DNA of 64,000 nucleotides from Ruminococcus sp. (GTDB lineage Bacteria; Bacillota; Clostridia; Oscillospirales; Ruminococcaceae): NCBI GenBank assembly GCA_015066785.1, contig SVNT01000004.1, positions 126,376 to 190,375 of the forward strand, read 5' to 3'. Shown piece by piece: positions 55,241 to 64,000 of this stretch (position 1 is its first letter; each line of letters starts with the position of its first letter). The notes under the pieces were generated by a model. It saw only the letters and a program-made list of their open reading frames with translations, ran no database searches and was not told where the DNA came from. The position numbers and the translations under genes were made by a program.

Positions 55241-55710
55241 TATTCGATTGTAACCTTCTTCATTACCTGAGGAGTTACGGGCTTGTCACCGTATCCTGTC
55301 GGTGTTGTTGCGATTTCGTCAACGACGTCCATACCTTCAACAACCTTGCCGAAAGCGGCATAGTCGCCGTCAAGGTGAGGAGCGTCCTTGTGCATGATGA
55401 AGAACTGTGAGCCTGCAGAGTTCGGCATCATTGAACGAGCCATCGAAAGAACCCCTCTTGTGTGCTTAAGGTCATTCTTTACGCCGTTTGAAGCAAATTC
55501 TCCCTTGATGTTCCAGCCCGGACCGCCCATTCCTGTTCCTTCGGGACAGCCGCCCTGAATCATAAAGCCTTCGATTACACGGTGGAAGATAAGACCGTCA
55601 TAAAATCCGCTTTTTACGAGCTTTTCGAAGTTTTCGCAACTTATAGGTGCGATTTCGGGATAAAGCTCTATTTTAATCTTTTTTCCGTTTTCCATTTCGA
55701 TAATAACCAT
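55240..55710 (-). CDS. ppiB: Cyclophilin-type peptidyl-prolyl cis-trans isomerase
   Basis: FHRVIEGFMIQGG, SMARS...NSAGSQFFI motifs. Confidence 0.9.
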   Translation of the reverse strand: MVIIEMENGKKIKIELYPEIAPISCENFEKLVKSGFYDGLIFHRVIEGFMIQGGCPEGTGMGGPGWNIKGEFASNGVKNDLKHTRGVLSMARSMMPNSAGSQFFIMHKDAPHLDGDYAAFGKVVEGMDVVDEIATTPTGYGDKPVTPQVMKKVTIE

Positions 55711-55869
55711 ATTAATTCTCCTTTAAAAATAAATATTACATAAAATATTATATAACTTTTATTTTTATTTGTAAATGAAAAAATGATGAAATAAAATAAA
55801 ATAAAATACTGAATATATTTTTATTCCGTGAGAAAAATAATAGAAACAAATTATTCGGTGGAGAAAAAT

Positions 55870-56886
55870 ATGTCGAAAAAAATATCGAAAAATACATTTA
55901 TTTTAAAAAATACCCCGACAATCTTTTCCTATGCCTCGGTAGTCGGGAAAAAAGAGGGCGAAGGCCCTTTATCCGCTTTTTTTGACGAAGTGGAGGAGGA
56001 CAGCTATTTCGGTCAGGAAACATGGGAAAAGGCGGAGAGCGAAATGCAGAAAAGGGCAGTGAAAAAAGCCCTTTCAAAAGCGGAAATAATCCCGTCGGAT
56101 GTGGATTTTATGTTCGGCGGCGACCTGATGAACCAGTGCATCGGTACAACCTACGGGATACGGGACCTCAATATTCCGATACTTATGGTGTACGGTGCCT
56201 GCTCGACAATGGCGGAGACGCTTCTTCTGGCGTCTGTCATGTCGGATAATGATATGGGAGGGAATATAGTTGCAGTCACATCATCACATTTCTGTACAGC
56301 CGAAAGGCAGTTCAGACTACCTCTTTCCTATGGAGGTCAGCGCACTCCGACAGCTCAGTGGACCACGACCGCCTCGGGAGCCGTTGTCGTTACCCCCAAA
56401 AGACGACCACCCTATGTCAGAGGAGTTACGATAGGCAAAATAGTCGATATGGGCGTCACCGACGCAAACAATATGGGGGCGGCCATGGCTCCTGCGGCGG
56501 CGTACACAATAAGAACCTATCTTCAGGACACGGGGAGCAAACCCTCGGACTTTGATTATATCATCACGGGAGACCTCGGTGCTGTCGGAAGCAATCTTCT
56601 GATAGAGCTTTTGCAGAAGGACGGTATTGATATCACGGCACAGCACAAGGACTGCGGGAAGATGATTTTCGACCTCGAAAAGCAGGATGTCCACGCAGGA
56701 GGGTCGGGGTGCGGCTGTTCTGCAAGTGTGCTTTGCGGCTACTGGCTGCCCGCTGTCGAAAGGGGAGAGGTGCAGAACATCCTCTTTGCCGCAACGGGAG
56801 CGCTTATGTCACCGACGGCGTCACAGCAGGGCGAAAGCATACCGTCAATTTCGCACCTCGTTCACATTTCTCATAAGGGGGAGTAA
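55870..56886 (+). CDS. spoVAD: Stage V sporulation protein AD
   Basis: Start MSKKISKNTF... behind GGTGGAG. Thiolase-like, with GKKEGEGPL and YGACSTMAE. Confidence 0.85.
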   Translation: MSKKISKNTFILKNTPTIFSYASVVGKKEGEGPLSAFFDEVEEDSYFGQETWEKAESEMQKRAVKKALSKAEIIPSDVDFMFGGDLMNQCIGTTYGIRDLNIPILMVYGACSTMAETLLLASVMSDNDMGGNIVAVTSSHFCTAERQFRLPLSYGGQRTPTAQWTTTASGAVVVTPKRRPPYVRGVTIGKIVDMGVTDANNMGAAMAPAAAYTIRTYLQDTGSKPSDFDYIITGDLGAVGSNLLIELLQKDGIDITAQHKDCGKMIFDLEKQDVHAGGSGCGCSASVLCGYWLPAVERGEVQNILFAATGALMSPTASQQGESIPSISHLVHISHKGE

Positions 56887-56888
56887 AA

Positions 56889-57257
56889 ATGGACATAGTT
56901 ATGGAATATCTTCGTGCCTTTCTTGTAGGCGGAGCTATCTGTGCCGTGGGGCAGATACTGATTGACCGCACAAAGCTGACGCCTGCAAGAATTCTCACGG
57001 CGTATGTCGTTGCGGGAGTGGTTCTCGGCGCACTCGGATTATACAAGCCTCTCGTGGAATTTGCAGGCGGAGGGGCAACAGTACCCCTCACGGGATTCGG
57101 GTACCTTCTCTCATCGGGAGTGGAGGAGGCTGTTGACAAGCGTGGTATCCTCGGAATTTTCACGGGAGGGCTATCCTCTGCGGCGGCAGGAATCAACGCC
57201 GCTATACTGTTTGCATTCCTTATAGCGCTTATTTTCAAGCCGAAAGACAAGTCATAG
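56889..57257 (+). CDS. spoVAE: Stage V sporulation protein AE (SpoVAEb type)
   Basis: FLVGGAICAVGQILID...GGGATVPLTGFG signature. 122 aa. Confidence 0.85.
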   Translation: MDIVMEYLRAFLVGGAICAVGQILIDRTKLTPARILTAYVVAGVVLGALGLYKPLVEFAGGGATVPLTGFGYLLSSGVEEAVDKRGILGIFTGGLSSAAAGINAAILFAFLIALIFKPKDKS

Positions 57258-57303
57258 AGTATAATAAACTATATATTATACAAATAGTATAATAAAAGGT
57301 AGC

Positions 57304-57575
57304 AAAAAAGAGTATCGGAAATAAGGACGATACCCATAAAGAAGTTTTTATGCGTACTGTTGAGGAAAACCCTTTTGAAAAAGGTTTTTCCTCAAACTCC
57401 TTTCCTAAAACTTCAAATTAAAAAAAGCCCATAGGGTAAATCCCTATGGGCTTTTTTTGACTTAAAAGTCTTTGAAGGGGAGCACGAGGGGAACCTTTCT
57501 TCAGAAAGATTCCCCTCGATAAATACATATAAAATTTCTGTACGGGCGTTATCCTTATTTCCGATACTCTTTTTT
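57304..57575. repeat. 272-bp intergenic element: perfect 24-bp terminal inverted repeats enclosing three hairpins
   Basis: AAAAAAGAGTATCGGAAATAAGGA (57304-57327) is the exact reverse complement of 57552-57575. Internal hairpins are GAGGAAAACC../..GGTTTTTCCTC, AGCCCATAGGG/CCCTATGGGCT and GAGGGGAA../..TTCCCCTC. Confidence 0.7.
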
Positions 57576-58178
57576 TTACTTTGCTTTTCTCAGTTTCAGC
57601 TTTTCGATTATCGGGTCGAGAGAATGTTCATCGGGAAGGAATATCATAAAATCCTTCTGCATATTCTCAAGGATAATCAGGCTTGTGTTGATAAACAGCA
57701 GACTGGGAGTGCCGTTTACTTCTGCGGCGAGATTTTCACTTCTTCTCGGAGTAGAGATGTCAATGAACATACCAAGAAGGTCGGAAAGTGCATTTACATA
57801 CTGCGCCGAGGTGATATTAGTCATTTCGAAAATGACGGAGAAATCCATCTCGTTAAGGTCGTCCCATGTGGAAATCTGCTTTTCGTAGTAGGTGTTGATT
57901 ACACGCTGTGCAAACTGTGAGGGGATAATGTGCAGTAGCTTGCCCGTGATATCACCTGTTATATCAATTACCATTCCGAGTGCGGCGCCCGATATTGCCG
58001 TGAGGAGATTTTTTGCGGCGTCAGCCGCTACCACACGCACATCGGGGATTGATATGTCCGTCGGGGAGTTTATCATCACGGATAACGCCGTGGCGGTACT
58101 TCCCATACCGATGTTGCCGACTTCACGGAAGGCGTCTATATGCTCCGGATTGAGCTTTTCAAATGTTTCAACTGCCAT
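57576..58178 (-). CDS. cheC: CheC-like chemotaxis phosphatase
   Basis: Start MAVETFEKLN.... IDAFREVGNIGMGSTATALS is a CheC/FliY-type motif. Confidence 0.7.
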   Translation of the reverse strand: MAVETFEKLNPEHIDAFREVGNIGMGSTATALSVMINSPTDISIPDVRVVAADAAKNLLTAISGAALGMVIDITGDITGKLLHIIPSQFAQRVINTYYEKQISTWDDLNEMDFSVIFEMTNITSAQYVNALSDLLGMFIDISTPRRSENLAAEVNGTPSLLFINTSLIILENMQKDFMIFLPDEHSLDPIIEKLKLRKAK

Positions 58179-58259
58179 AATTATAAAAACACTCCTGCCA
58201 AAAATCAAGTTAAAAGAAATGGGGCTATCAGATAACTGATAACCTCAATTCGAGTGCTT

Positions 58260-58664
58260 TTAAACCGGTGACTTGACGATTTCACGCCAGTCAAGGTCTC
58301 CGCGTTCAAGAGCGTGGATAAGTGCCTCTGCCGTGGCGATATTCGTCGCAACGGGAATGTTATGTACATCGCAAAGTCTTAAAAGGTCCATGTCGTTGGG
58401 CTCGTGCGGCTTTGCGGACAACGGGTCACGGAAGAAAAGAAGAAGGTCAATTTCGTTGCAGGAAATTCTTGCGCCGATTTGCTGTCCACCGCCCTGTGCA
58501 CCGCTGAGATAACGCTGTATGGTAAGGCCTGTAGCCTGTGCGACCTGTTTTCCTGTAGTTCCGGTAGCGCTCAGATTATGTCTGCTGAGGATACCGCAGT
58601 AAGCGATACAGAACTGAACAAGAAGCTCTTTCTTTGAATCGTGAGCGATAAGTGCTATATTCAT
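58260..58664 (-). CDS. mgsA: Methylglyoxal synthase
   Basis: [12 protein letters not shown]...ATGTTG...[23 protein letters not shown]. Confidence 0.9.
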   Translation of the reverse strand: MNIALIAHDSKKELLVQFCIAYCGILSRHNLSATGTTGKQVAQATGLTIQRYLSGAQGGGQQIGARISCNEIDLLLFFRDPLSAKPHEPNDMDLLRLCDVHNIPVATNIATAEALIHALERGDLDWREIVKSPV

Positions 58665-58730
58665 CGTTCTTCATCCTTTCAAAAAGCTGTGCTTTTTCTG
58701 TAAGTCGTAGCTGCGGAAAATTCCGCAATA

Positions 58731-59471
58731 CTACTGGATTTTTACCGTAAGGGGAACATCTTCGCCCTTGATTCTTCTTGTGATAGCGTCGAAAGCCTTG
58801 AATGCTTCTGACTGTGAGGGAATAGGAATACCCTTTCCTGTTGAGATTGTTACATTGTCGTCATCGGGAATTACGCCGAGGAGCTGTACGCCGACTGTAT
58901 CGATGATAGCGTCAAGGTCTGAAACGAGTTCTTCGCCGAAGATTTTTCTGTTCATCTTGTTGATGATGAGACGCTGTTTCTTGTTCTGACGCTTGTAGAA
59001 TTCGTCTGACATGAGTCTGCCGTCACGCACGCAGATTTCGTCGGGTGTTGTAACGATAAGAATGAGGTCGGAGTTTGCGACAATGTCGAATATGCTTTCG
59101 CTGATACCAGCCGATGTATCGATGATGATGTAGTCGTAATATCTTCTCATCTGTTCGCAGATTTCCTTTACGCTTTCAGCGTCGAGCTTTGCGTAGGGGT
59201 CTTCGGGTGCGCAGACGATAGAAAGGTTATTCGCCATTTTTATCTGTGTTGAAGCGGCGTAGATGTCGCATTTTCCTGCGAGAACGTCGCCGAGGTCGTG
59301 CTTGATTATGTCTTTTACGCCGAGCATGATGTCAAGGCATCTGAGACCGAAGTCAAGTTCAATGATGAGGGTACGGCTTCCCTGCTTTGCAAGGGCATAT
59401 CCCATGCCTGAGCAGATTGAAGATTTACCTGTGCCGCCCTTACCTGAAGTTACAGCAATTACAGTAGCCAT
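58731..59471 (-). CDS. MinD/ParA-family P-loop ATPase
   Basis: VTSGKGGTGKSS deviant Walker A. MinD-like length, but no minC/minE adjacent. Confidence 0.7.
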   Translation of the reverse strand: MATVIAVTSGKGGTGKSSICSGMGYALAKQGSRTLIIELDFGLRCLDIMLGVKDIIKHDLGDVLAGKCDIYAASTQIKMANNLSIVCAPEDPYAKLDAESVKEICEQMRRYYDYIIIDTSAGISESIFDIVANSDLILIVTTPDEICVRDGRLMSDEFYKRQNKKQRLIINKMNRKIFGEELVSDLDAIIDTVGVQLLGVIPDDDNVTISTGKGIPIPSQSEAFKAFDAITRRIKGEDVPLTVKIQ

Positions 59472-59673
59472 AGTTGGTTGTTGCTCCTTTCGAAGTGCAT
59501 ATAATTACTAACTTTATTATCCATATAATAAACGATAGTCTACCACATATTATTTTACCACAAAATGCGTATTTGTCAAAGTAAAATGGGGCGTGAAAAT
59601 AAAAATTGTCAAATTCACATTAAAGAATTTTATTTTGTTGTATATCTTGCACAATGCACAAACTGTAATATTT

Positions 59674-60066
59674 TTACAGTTCAAAACTTTTCGGAAGCAA
59701 CTCTCCGAGGGTGTATTCCTCGTATTTTTCTTCCGATTCCGCAACGATTATGCGAAAATCCTTTTTGCAGAATTCAGACATCACCTGACGGCACACTCCG
59801 CAGGGATATGCCATTGTCATTTTGTCGGAATTTCCGCCGACTATCGCAATTGCCGAAAAATCACGGCAGCCTTCGGACACCGCCTTGAAAATTGCGGTTC
59901 TTTCGGCGCATACGGTTGCGGAATACGAGGCGTTTTCGATGTTGCAGCCCGTATATACCTTTCCGTCGGCGCAGAGAAGTGCCGCACCGACCCTGAATTC
60001 AGAATAGGGTGAGTGGGAATTTTCCCGTGCGGCCAACGCAGATTTTATAAGCTCTCTGTTCGTCAT
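59674..60066 (-). CDS. cdd: Cytidine deaminase
   Basis: CAERTAIFKA and PCGVCRQ zinc motifs. 130 aa. Confidence 0.9.
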   Translation of the reverse strand: MTNRELIKSALAARENSHSPYSEFRVGAALLCADGKVYTGCNIENASYSATVCAERTAIFKAVSEGCRDFSAIAIVGGNSDKMTMAYPCGVCRQVMSEFCKKDFRIIVAESEEKYEEYTLGELLPKSFEL

Positions 60067-61226
60067 ACGAGTATATCCTCCGCAAATGATTTTCCCGGAA
60101 TTTCCGCATTTACGCCGAGCAGGTCACACACGGTCTTTCCGATGTCGGAAAAGCTCTCACGCACACCGAGATTTACTCCCTCACGGATTTTCTTTCCGTA
60201 TACAAGCAAAGGCGTGTATTCACGGGAATGGTCGGTGCTTGGCGTCACGGGGTCACAGCCGTGGTCGGCAGTAATCATAAGCACATCGTCGTCACGGAGA
60301 AGTGCCGTAATTTCGAGGAGTTTTGCGTCAAATGAGTTAAGTGCGGCGGTGTAGCCGTCAACATCGTTGCGATGCCCGTAAACCATATCAAAATCCACGA
60401 GATTGACAAAGCAGAGCCCGTCAAAATCGGTTTTCATTGTTTCAAGCAGTTTTTCTATGCCGTCGTCGTTGTTTTTTGTACGCTGTGTCGAGGTTATTCC
60501 ACGGCCTGCGAAAATGTCGTAAATCTTGCCTATTCCGAGGACATCCTTACCCGACGCAGAGAGAATATCCGCCATTGTATCCGTCGGCGGTGCGAGTGAA
60601 AAATCGTGGCGGTTTGCCGTGCGGGTGAACGGATGGTTTCCCGTGAAGGGACGGGCAATGACTCTGCCCACGCCGTGCTTTCCGACGAGGATTTCACGCG
60701 CGATTTCACAGTAACGGTAAAGCTCCTCAACGGGAACGATATCCTCGTGTGCGGCAATCTGAAAAACGCTGTCCGCAGAGGTGTACACGATGAGTGCGCC
60801 CGTTTTCATATGCTCGTCGCCGTAGTCCTTTATCACCTCGGTGCCCGAATATACCTTGTTGCAGATTACCTTTCTGCCTGTTTTTTCTTCAAACGCCGAT
60901 ATTACTTCGTCGGGAAAGCCGTTCGGGTATGTCGGGAGCGGGTTTTCGGAAATCACGCCCGAAATCTCCCAATGCCCGATGGTTGTATCCTTGCCCTTGG
61001 ATTTTTCAGCGAGCTTGCAGTACGCACCGACAGGGGAGGCAACCTTTTCGCCGCATTCCGCACCGTCGATGTTGCAGAGCCCCATTGCACGCATATTCGG
61101 GATTTCAAGCCTTCCCGTGTTATAGCATACGCCGAGTGTGTTGCTACCCTCGTCGCCGTAATTACGGGCGTCGGGAAGTTCGCCTATACCTACGCTGTCA
61201 AGAACTATAAGAAATACTCGTTTCAT
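60063..61226 (-). CDS. deoB: Phosphopentomutase
   Basis: Start MKRVFLIVLDSVGIG behind AAGGAG. ITADHGCDP motif. Confidence 0.9.
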   Translation of the reverse strand: MKRVFLIVLDSVGIGELPDARNYGDEGSNTLGVCYNTGRLEIPNMRAMGLCNIDGAECGEKVASPVGAYCKLAEKSKGKDTTIGHWEISGVISENPLPTYPNGFPDEVISAFEEKTGRKVICNKVYSGTEVIKDYGDEHMKTGALIVYTSADSVFQIAAHEDIVPVEELYRYCEIAREILVGKHGVGRVIARPFTGNHPFTRTANRHDFSLAPPTDTMADILSASGKDVLGIGKIYDIFAGRGITSTQRTKNNDDGIEKLLETMKTDFDGLCFVNLVDFDMVYGHRNDVDGYTAALNSFDAKLLEITALLRDDDVLMITADHGCDPVTPSTDHSREYTPLLVYGKKIREGVNLGVRESFSDIGKTVCDLLGVNAEIPGKSFAEDILV

Positions 61227-61239
61227 AAAAACTCCTTTA

Positions 61240-61902
61240 TCAGTAGGCGTTGTTTTCACCGCCTGTAAGAATAGCGACTGCGCCGCTTGTGCCTATTCTG
61301 TCGCAGCCTGCGTTTATGAATGCCTCGAGGTCGTCGCGTGTGCGGACTCCTCCTGCGGCTTTGATTTTTACATTTCCGCCGATGTGCTTTTTGAACAGCT
61401 CAATGTCGGAGAGAACAGCCCCTCCCGTGCCGAAGCCCGTTGAGGTCTTGATGTAATCCGCACCGCCGATTGTCACACATTCGCAGAGGTTTATCTTTTC
61501 TTCCTCGTCGAGATAGCAGGTTTCGATTATCACCTTCAGTATTCTGTCACCTATAACGGATTTTATTGCTGAGATTTCCTTGGTGATTTTTTCAAAGTCG
61601 CCGTTTTTTGCGTCCCCGATATTTATTACCGTGTCGATTTCGTCTGCGCCGTCTGCTATTGCGGTTTCAGCCTCGGTAATCTTTGCGGCAGTTGTGCTGT
61701 ATCCGAGAGGGAAGCCTATTACCGTACAGATATTGAGGTCGGGGAACGCCTTTCTCACACGGGAAATATACGACGGGGGAATACATACCGACGCCGTTTT
61801 GTATTCAACAGCTTCACGGCAGAGTTTTTCGATGTCTTCCCATTTTGCCACTGCCTTGAGCTGTGTATGGTCTATGCGTGATAAAATTTCGCTATTTGTC
61901 AT
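61240..61902 (-). CDS. deoC: Deoxyribose-phosphate aldolase
   Basis: IDHTQLKA..., ADYIKTSTGF (Schiff-base Lys), KAAGGVR. Confidence 0.9.
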   Translation of the reverse strand: MTNSEILSRIDHTQLKAVAKWEDIEKLCREAVEYKTASVCIPPSYISRVRKAFPDLNICTVIGFPLGYSTTAAKITEAETAIADGADEIDTVINIGDAKNGDFEKITKEISAIKSVIGDRILKVIIETCYLDEEEKINLCECVTIGGADYIKTSTGFGTGGAVLSDIELFKKHIGGNVKIKAAGGVRTRDDLEAFINAGCDRIGTSGAVAILTGGENNAY

Positions 61903-62767
61903 TTTTCTTCTCCTTTTTCGTTCCGATGTTTTCGTTATAACGGTTGGCTATCTCGGAAATCTCGGAAAATCCCGAAATGTCAAGCGGAATATCTCCCGAT
62001 ATGTCGGCACGCTTTGCGTTGCGCTTTATCGGGTCGGCAACCATTACCTTGTATATGTATGTGCTGAATACATTCATCACGAAGATGATGACAGTGCCGA
62101 CAATCTGCACCGATACGGCAAGGTTCAGCTTTGCACGGTTGCTCCTGCCCACTTCATCGGCTTTTACGTCCACGATGTCACGGAAACTTTCGATGTCGAC
62201 GTCTATTATCTCGTTGAGAGAAACATATTTGTCGCCGTAGAGCAACAGTCTTGCCTCGTAGATTTTTTCTTCTGCCGTGAGGGATTTCTGGCTCGCTGTC
62301 AGTTTATATTGCTGTATTTCATCGGGAAGGACGCTCCTGTCGTATTTGCAGGCGGAGGCGACAAGCGCCATAGCCTCCGTCTCGATTTCACGCAGTGCGT
62401 AGATGTTGTCCCGTGCGTTGTATATGAGGAGCATCTCGGTATCGGTGAAATCGTACGCCTCTGCCGTTGCACAGCAGTTTTCTATCGTTTTCATGGTTGT
62501 GGCTTCTGTCCAGTAGCCCTGCATTTTGTTTATGTCGTAGTCGATTATGAAACTGCGTGACTGCTCGGTGAAAAAGTCTGATGTGTCGAGGAAGTCACCG
62601 CACATATCGTAAAGTGCGGAAATCTGTTCTTCCTCACGGCTTTTTTCGAGCGTCAGGCGGTATGTATAGAATACGCTCGTAAGTACCAGGACGAGCGCCG
62701 CCAGCGATGAAACCGTACCTGCCACAGTGATGGTCTTTACGCTGAATTTAGGTTTGTTTGCGAACAT
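61892..62767 (-). CDS. Membrane sensor stub: TM - extracytoplasmic helical domain - TM - HAMP-like segment, no output domain
   Basis: Two TM helices. After TM2, DPIKRNAKRADISGDIPLDISGFSEISEIANRYNENI resembles HAMP. The protein ends ~15 aa later and overlaps the deoC start by 11 nt. Confidence 0.5.
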   Translation of the reverse strand: MFANKPKFSVKTITVAGTVSSLAALVLVLTSVFYTYRLTLEKSREEEQISALYDMCGDFLDTSDFFTEQSRSFIIDYDINKMQGYWTEATTMKTIENCCATAEAYDFTDTEMLLIYNARDNIYALREIETEAMALVASACKYDRSVLPDEIQQYKLTASQKSLTAEEKIYEARLLLYGDKYVSLNEIIDVDIESFRDIVDVKADEVGRSNRAKLNLAVSVQIVGTVIIFVMNVFSTYIYKVMVADPIKRNAKRADISGDIPLDISGFSEISEIANRYNENIGTKKEKKNDK

Positions 62768-63109
62768 ATCGCAACCCCCTTGCTGTGATGTGATTCAATG
62801 TGTTTTATTATCCTTTTATTTTACACTATTTTAGAAAAAATGTCAATTTGCTTTTGACGGCACAGATATATTTTGTAAAAAACGCTAAAGTTTCAATCCC
62901 TGCTGACGATATATAAAGTAACAGGAAGCAAAGGAGGCATGACAATGACAATAACGCATACCTCATACGAATTAAACACGGGTGAATAAAGGGGCTGTCT
63001 CGGAAGTGTTCAGAGGCAGTCCTTAATCAATTAATGAAGAAAAAGCCCCGTGTCTGCACCTATAACGGATGCAGGCACGGGGTTGTTTATTTCAGGGGGT
63101 GAAACAGGC

Positions 63110-63874
63110 TTATCGTGATACAACATTTTTGTATTCAAGGCGGAGTCTGTCGGTAATGAGTGCCACAAACTCGCTGTTTGTAGGCTTTCCTTTACCTGTG
63201 TTGACAGTGTATCCGAAGTAGGAGTTGAGGGTGTCGAGGTCGCCTCTGTCCCATGCAATTTCGATAGCGTGACGGATTGCTCTTTCAACCCTTGAGGATG
63301 TTGTATCGAATTTCTTTGCAACCGTCGGATAGAGTACCTTCGTTACGCTTTCAAGCATTTCGCTGTCGTAAATCGAGAGCATTATCGCCTCACGCAGATA
63401 ATGGTAACCCTTGATGTGCGCAGGTACGCCTATCTGATGGATGATTTCGGTGACAACGACTTCCATGTCGTATTTTTCTTCGTCCTTTGTTCTGACAATG
63501 TTGTTGCCACGGATTTCGGAAGCAAGCTCGACGAGTCTCTGCGTTACCGCACTTACATCAAACGGCTTGAGTATAACCATACTCGCACCTGCGTTGATGA
63601 GCTTCGTGTCTACCATTCCATCGGTTGTGATGATGACAAATGCGGGGCTTCTGCGAAGCTCAGTCCTGACTTTCATCATAAGCTCGGTCGCATTGCATAC
63701 AGGCATCATCTTGTCCACAATTACAATATCGGGATTTTCGGAGCGTATCGCTTCAAAGACCGCACCGCCGTCACGCCCTCTGGTAATTACCGAAAACCCG
63801 AGGGTTCTGAGGTGGTTCGACATTGACGCCCCGCCCATTGTCTGTTCTTCGCTGATAAGTATTTTTGCCGTCAT
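63110..63874 (-). CDS. spo0A: Sporulation master regulator Spo0A
   Basis: [16 protein letters not shown]...[15 protein letters not shown]...[10 protein letters not shown] is the Spo0A C-terminal signature. N-terminal receiver domain. Confidence 0.9.
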   Translation of the reverse strand: MTAKILISEEQTMGGASMSNHLRTLGFSVITRGRDGGAVFEAIRSENPDIVIVDKMMPVCNATELMMKVRTELRRSPAFVIITTDGMVDTKLINAGASMVILKPFDVSAVTQRLVELASEIRGNNIVRTKDEEKYDMEVVVTEIIHQIGVPAHIKGYHYLREAIMLSIYDSEMLESVTKVLYPTVAKKFDTTSSRVERAIRHAIEIAWDRGDLDTLNSYFGYTVNTGKGKPTNSEFVALITDRLRLEYKNVVSR

Positions 63875-64000
63875 AATTTTAGTCCTCCGTTTTTACAATT
63901 TTTTCTATATCCATATATTACCACGAAGAAATAAAAAAAGCAACAAAAATTTACCGCATATTTCGACAAAGAAGTGTTGCCGCCTTTGTTTTCGGGGCAA

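Noticed and set aside
60372-61268. Many overlapping plus-strand ORFs within deoB/deoC, and similar ones in glnA, galE and ilvB.
   Set aside because: These are typical spurious antisense ORFs in the more GC-rich housekeeping genes. They have no RBS or recognisable motifs.
62939-62989. 16-aa ORF (MTMTITHTSYELNTGE) with an AAAGGAGG RBS followed by a hairpin, upstream of the spo0A terminator.
   Set aside because: It could be a leader peptide, but no downstream gene lies on that strand, so it is too short and context-free to support.

Overview
Low-GC chromosome segment from a spore-forming Firmicutes/Clostridia-type organism. The housekeeping backbone includes an NSS transporter, a MATE pump, GlnA, GalE, PurC, IlvBN, ferredoxin, PpiB, SpoVAD/AE, CheC, MgsA, Cdd-DeoB-DeoC and Spo0A. 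Three linked accessory modules all relate to type VII secretion.

(1) About 9.3-28.0 kb: a non-canonical T7SSb-like core. It has an EssC FtsK/SpoIIIE ATPase with an N-terminal FHA segment and a YukD/EsaB ubiquitin-like protein. I can recognise no EsaA, EssA or EssB. In their place are a Hanks Ser/Thr kinase, a PP2C phosphatase, an FHA membrane protein, a 51-aa membrane peptide and two atypical receiver-like proteins. Five genes also share a near-identical signal-anchor+TPR N-module fused to different ectodomains (YD/MORN-like repeats, LRR). The module is bracketed by inverted copies of an XRE-HTH gene plus a near-consensus promoter.

(2) About 29.3-35.2 kb: an AgrC-like GHKL kinase and LytTR regulator, divergent from an operon of four WXG100-like proteins. 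Two of these end in ...MFNN. The operon also encodes a WXG-like::CHAP fusion and a 440-aa helical protein.

(3) About 39.4-50.3 kb: an AT-rich island beside tRNA-Pro(CGG), bounded by an 18-bp direct repeat of the tRNA 3' end. It holds about ten orphan toxin-C-terminus/immunity cassettes: barnase/barstar-like, TNT-like, a PD-(D/E)xK fragment and an EsaD-like fragment with DUF600. The cassettes share a conserved GDDEEA handle, and no full-length toxin gene is present. The island also carries a serine-recombinase fragment between duplicated esx 5' ends.

All family assignments come from motif reading by eye; no database search was run.
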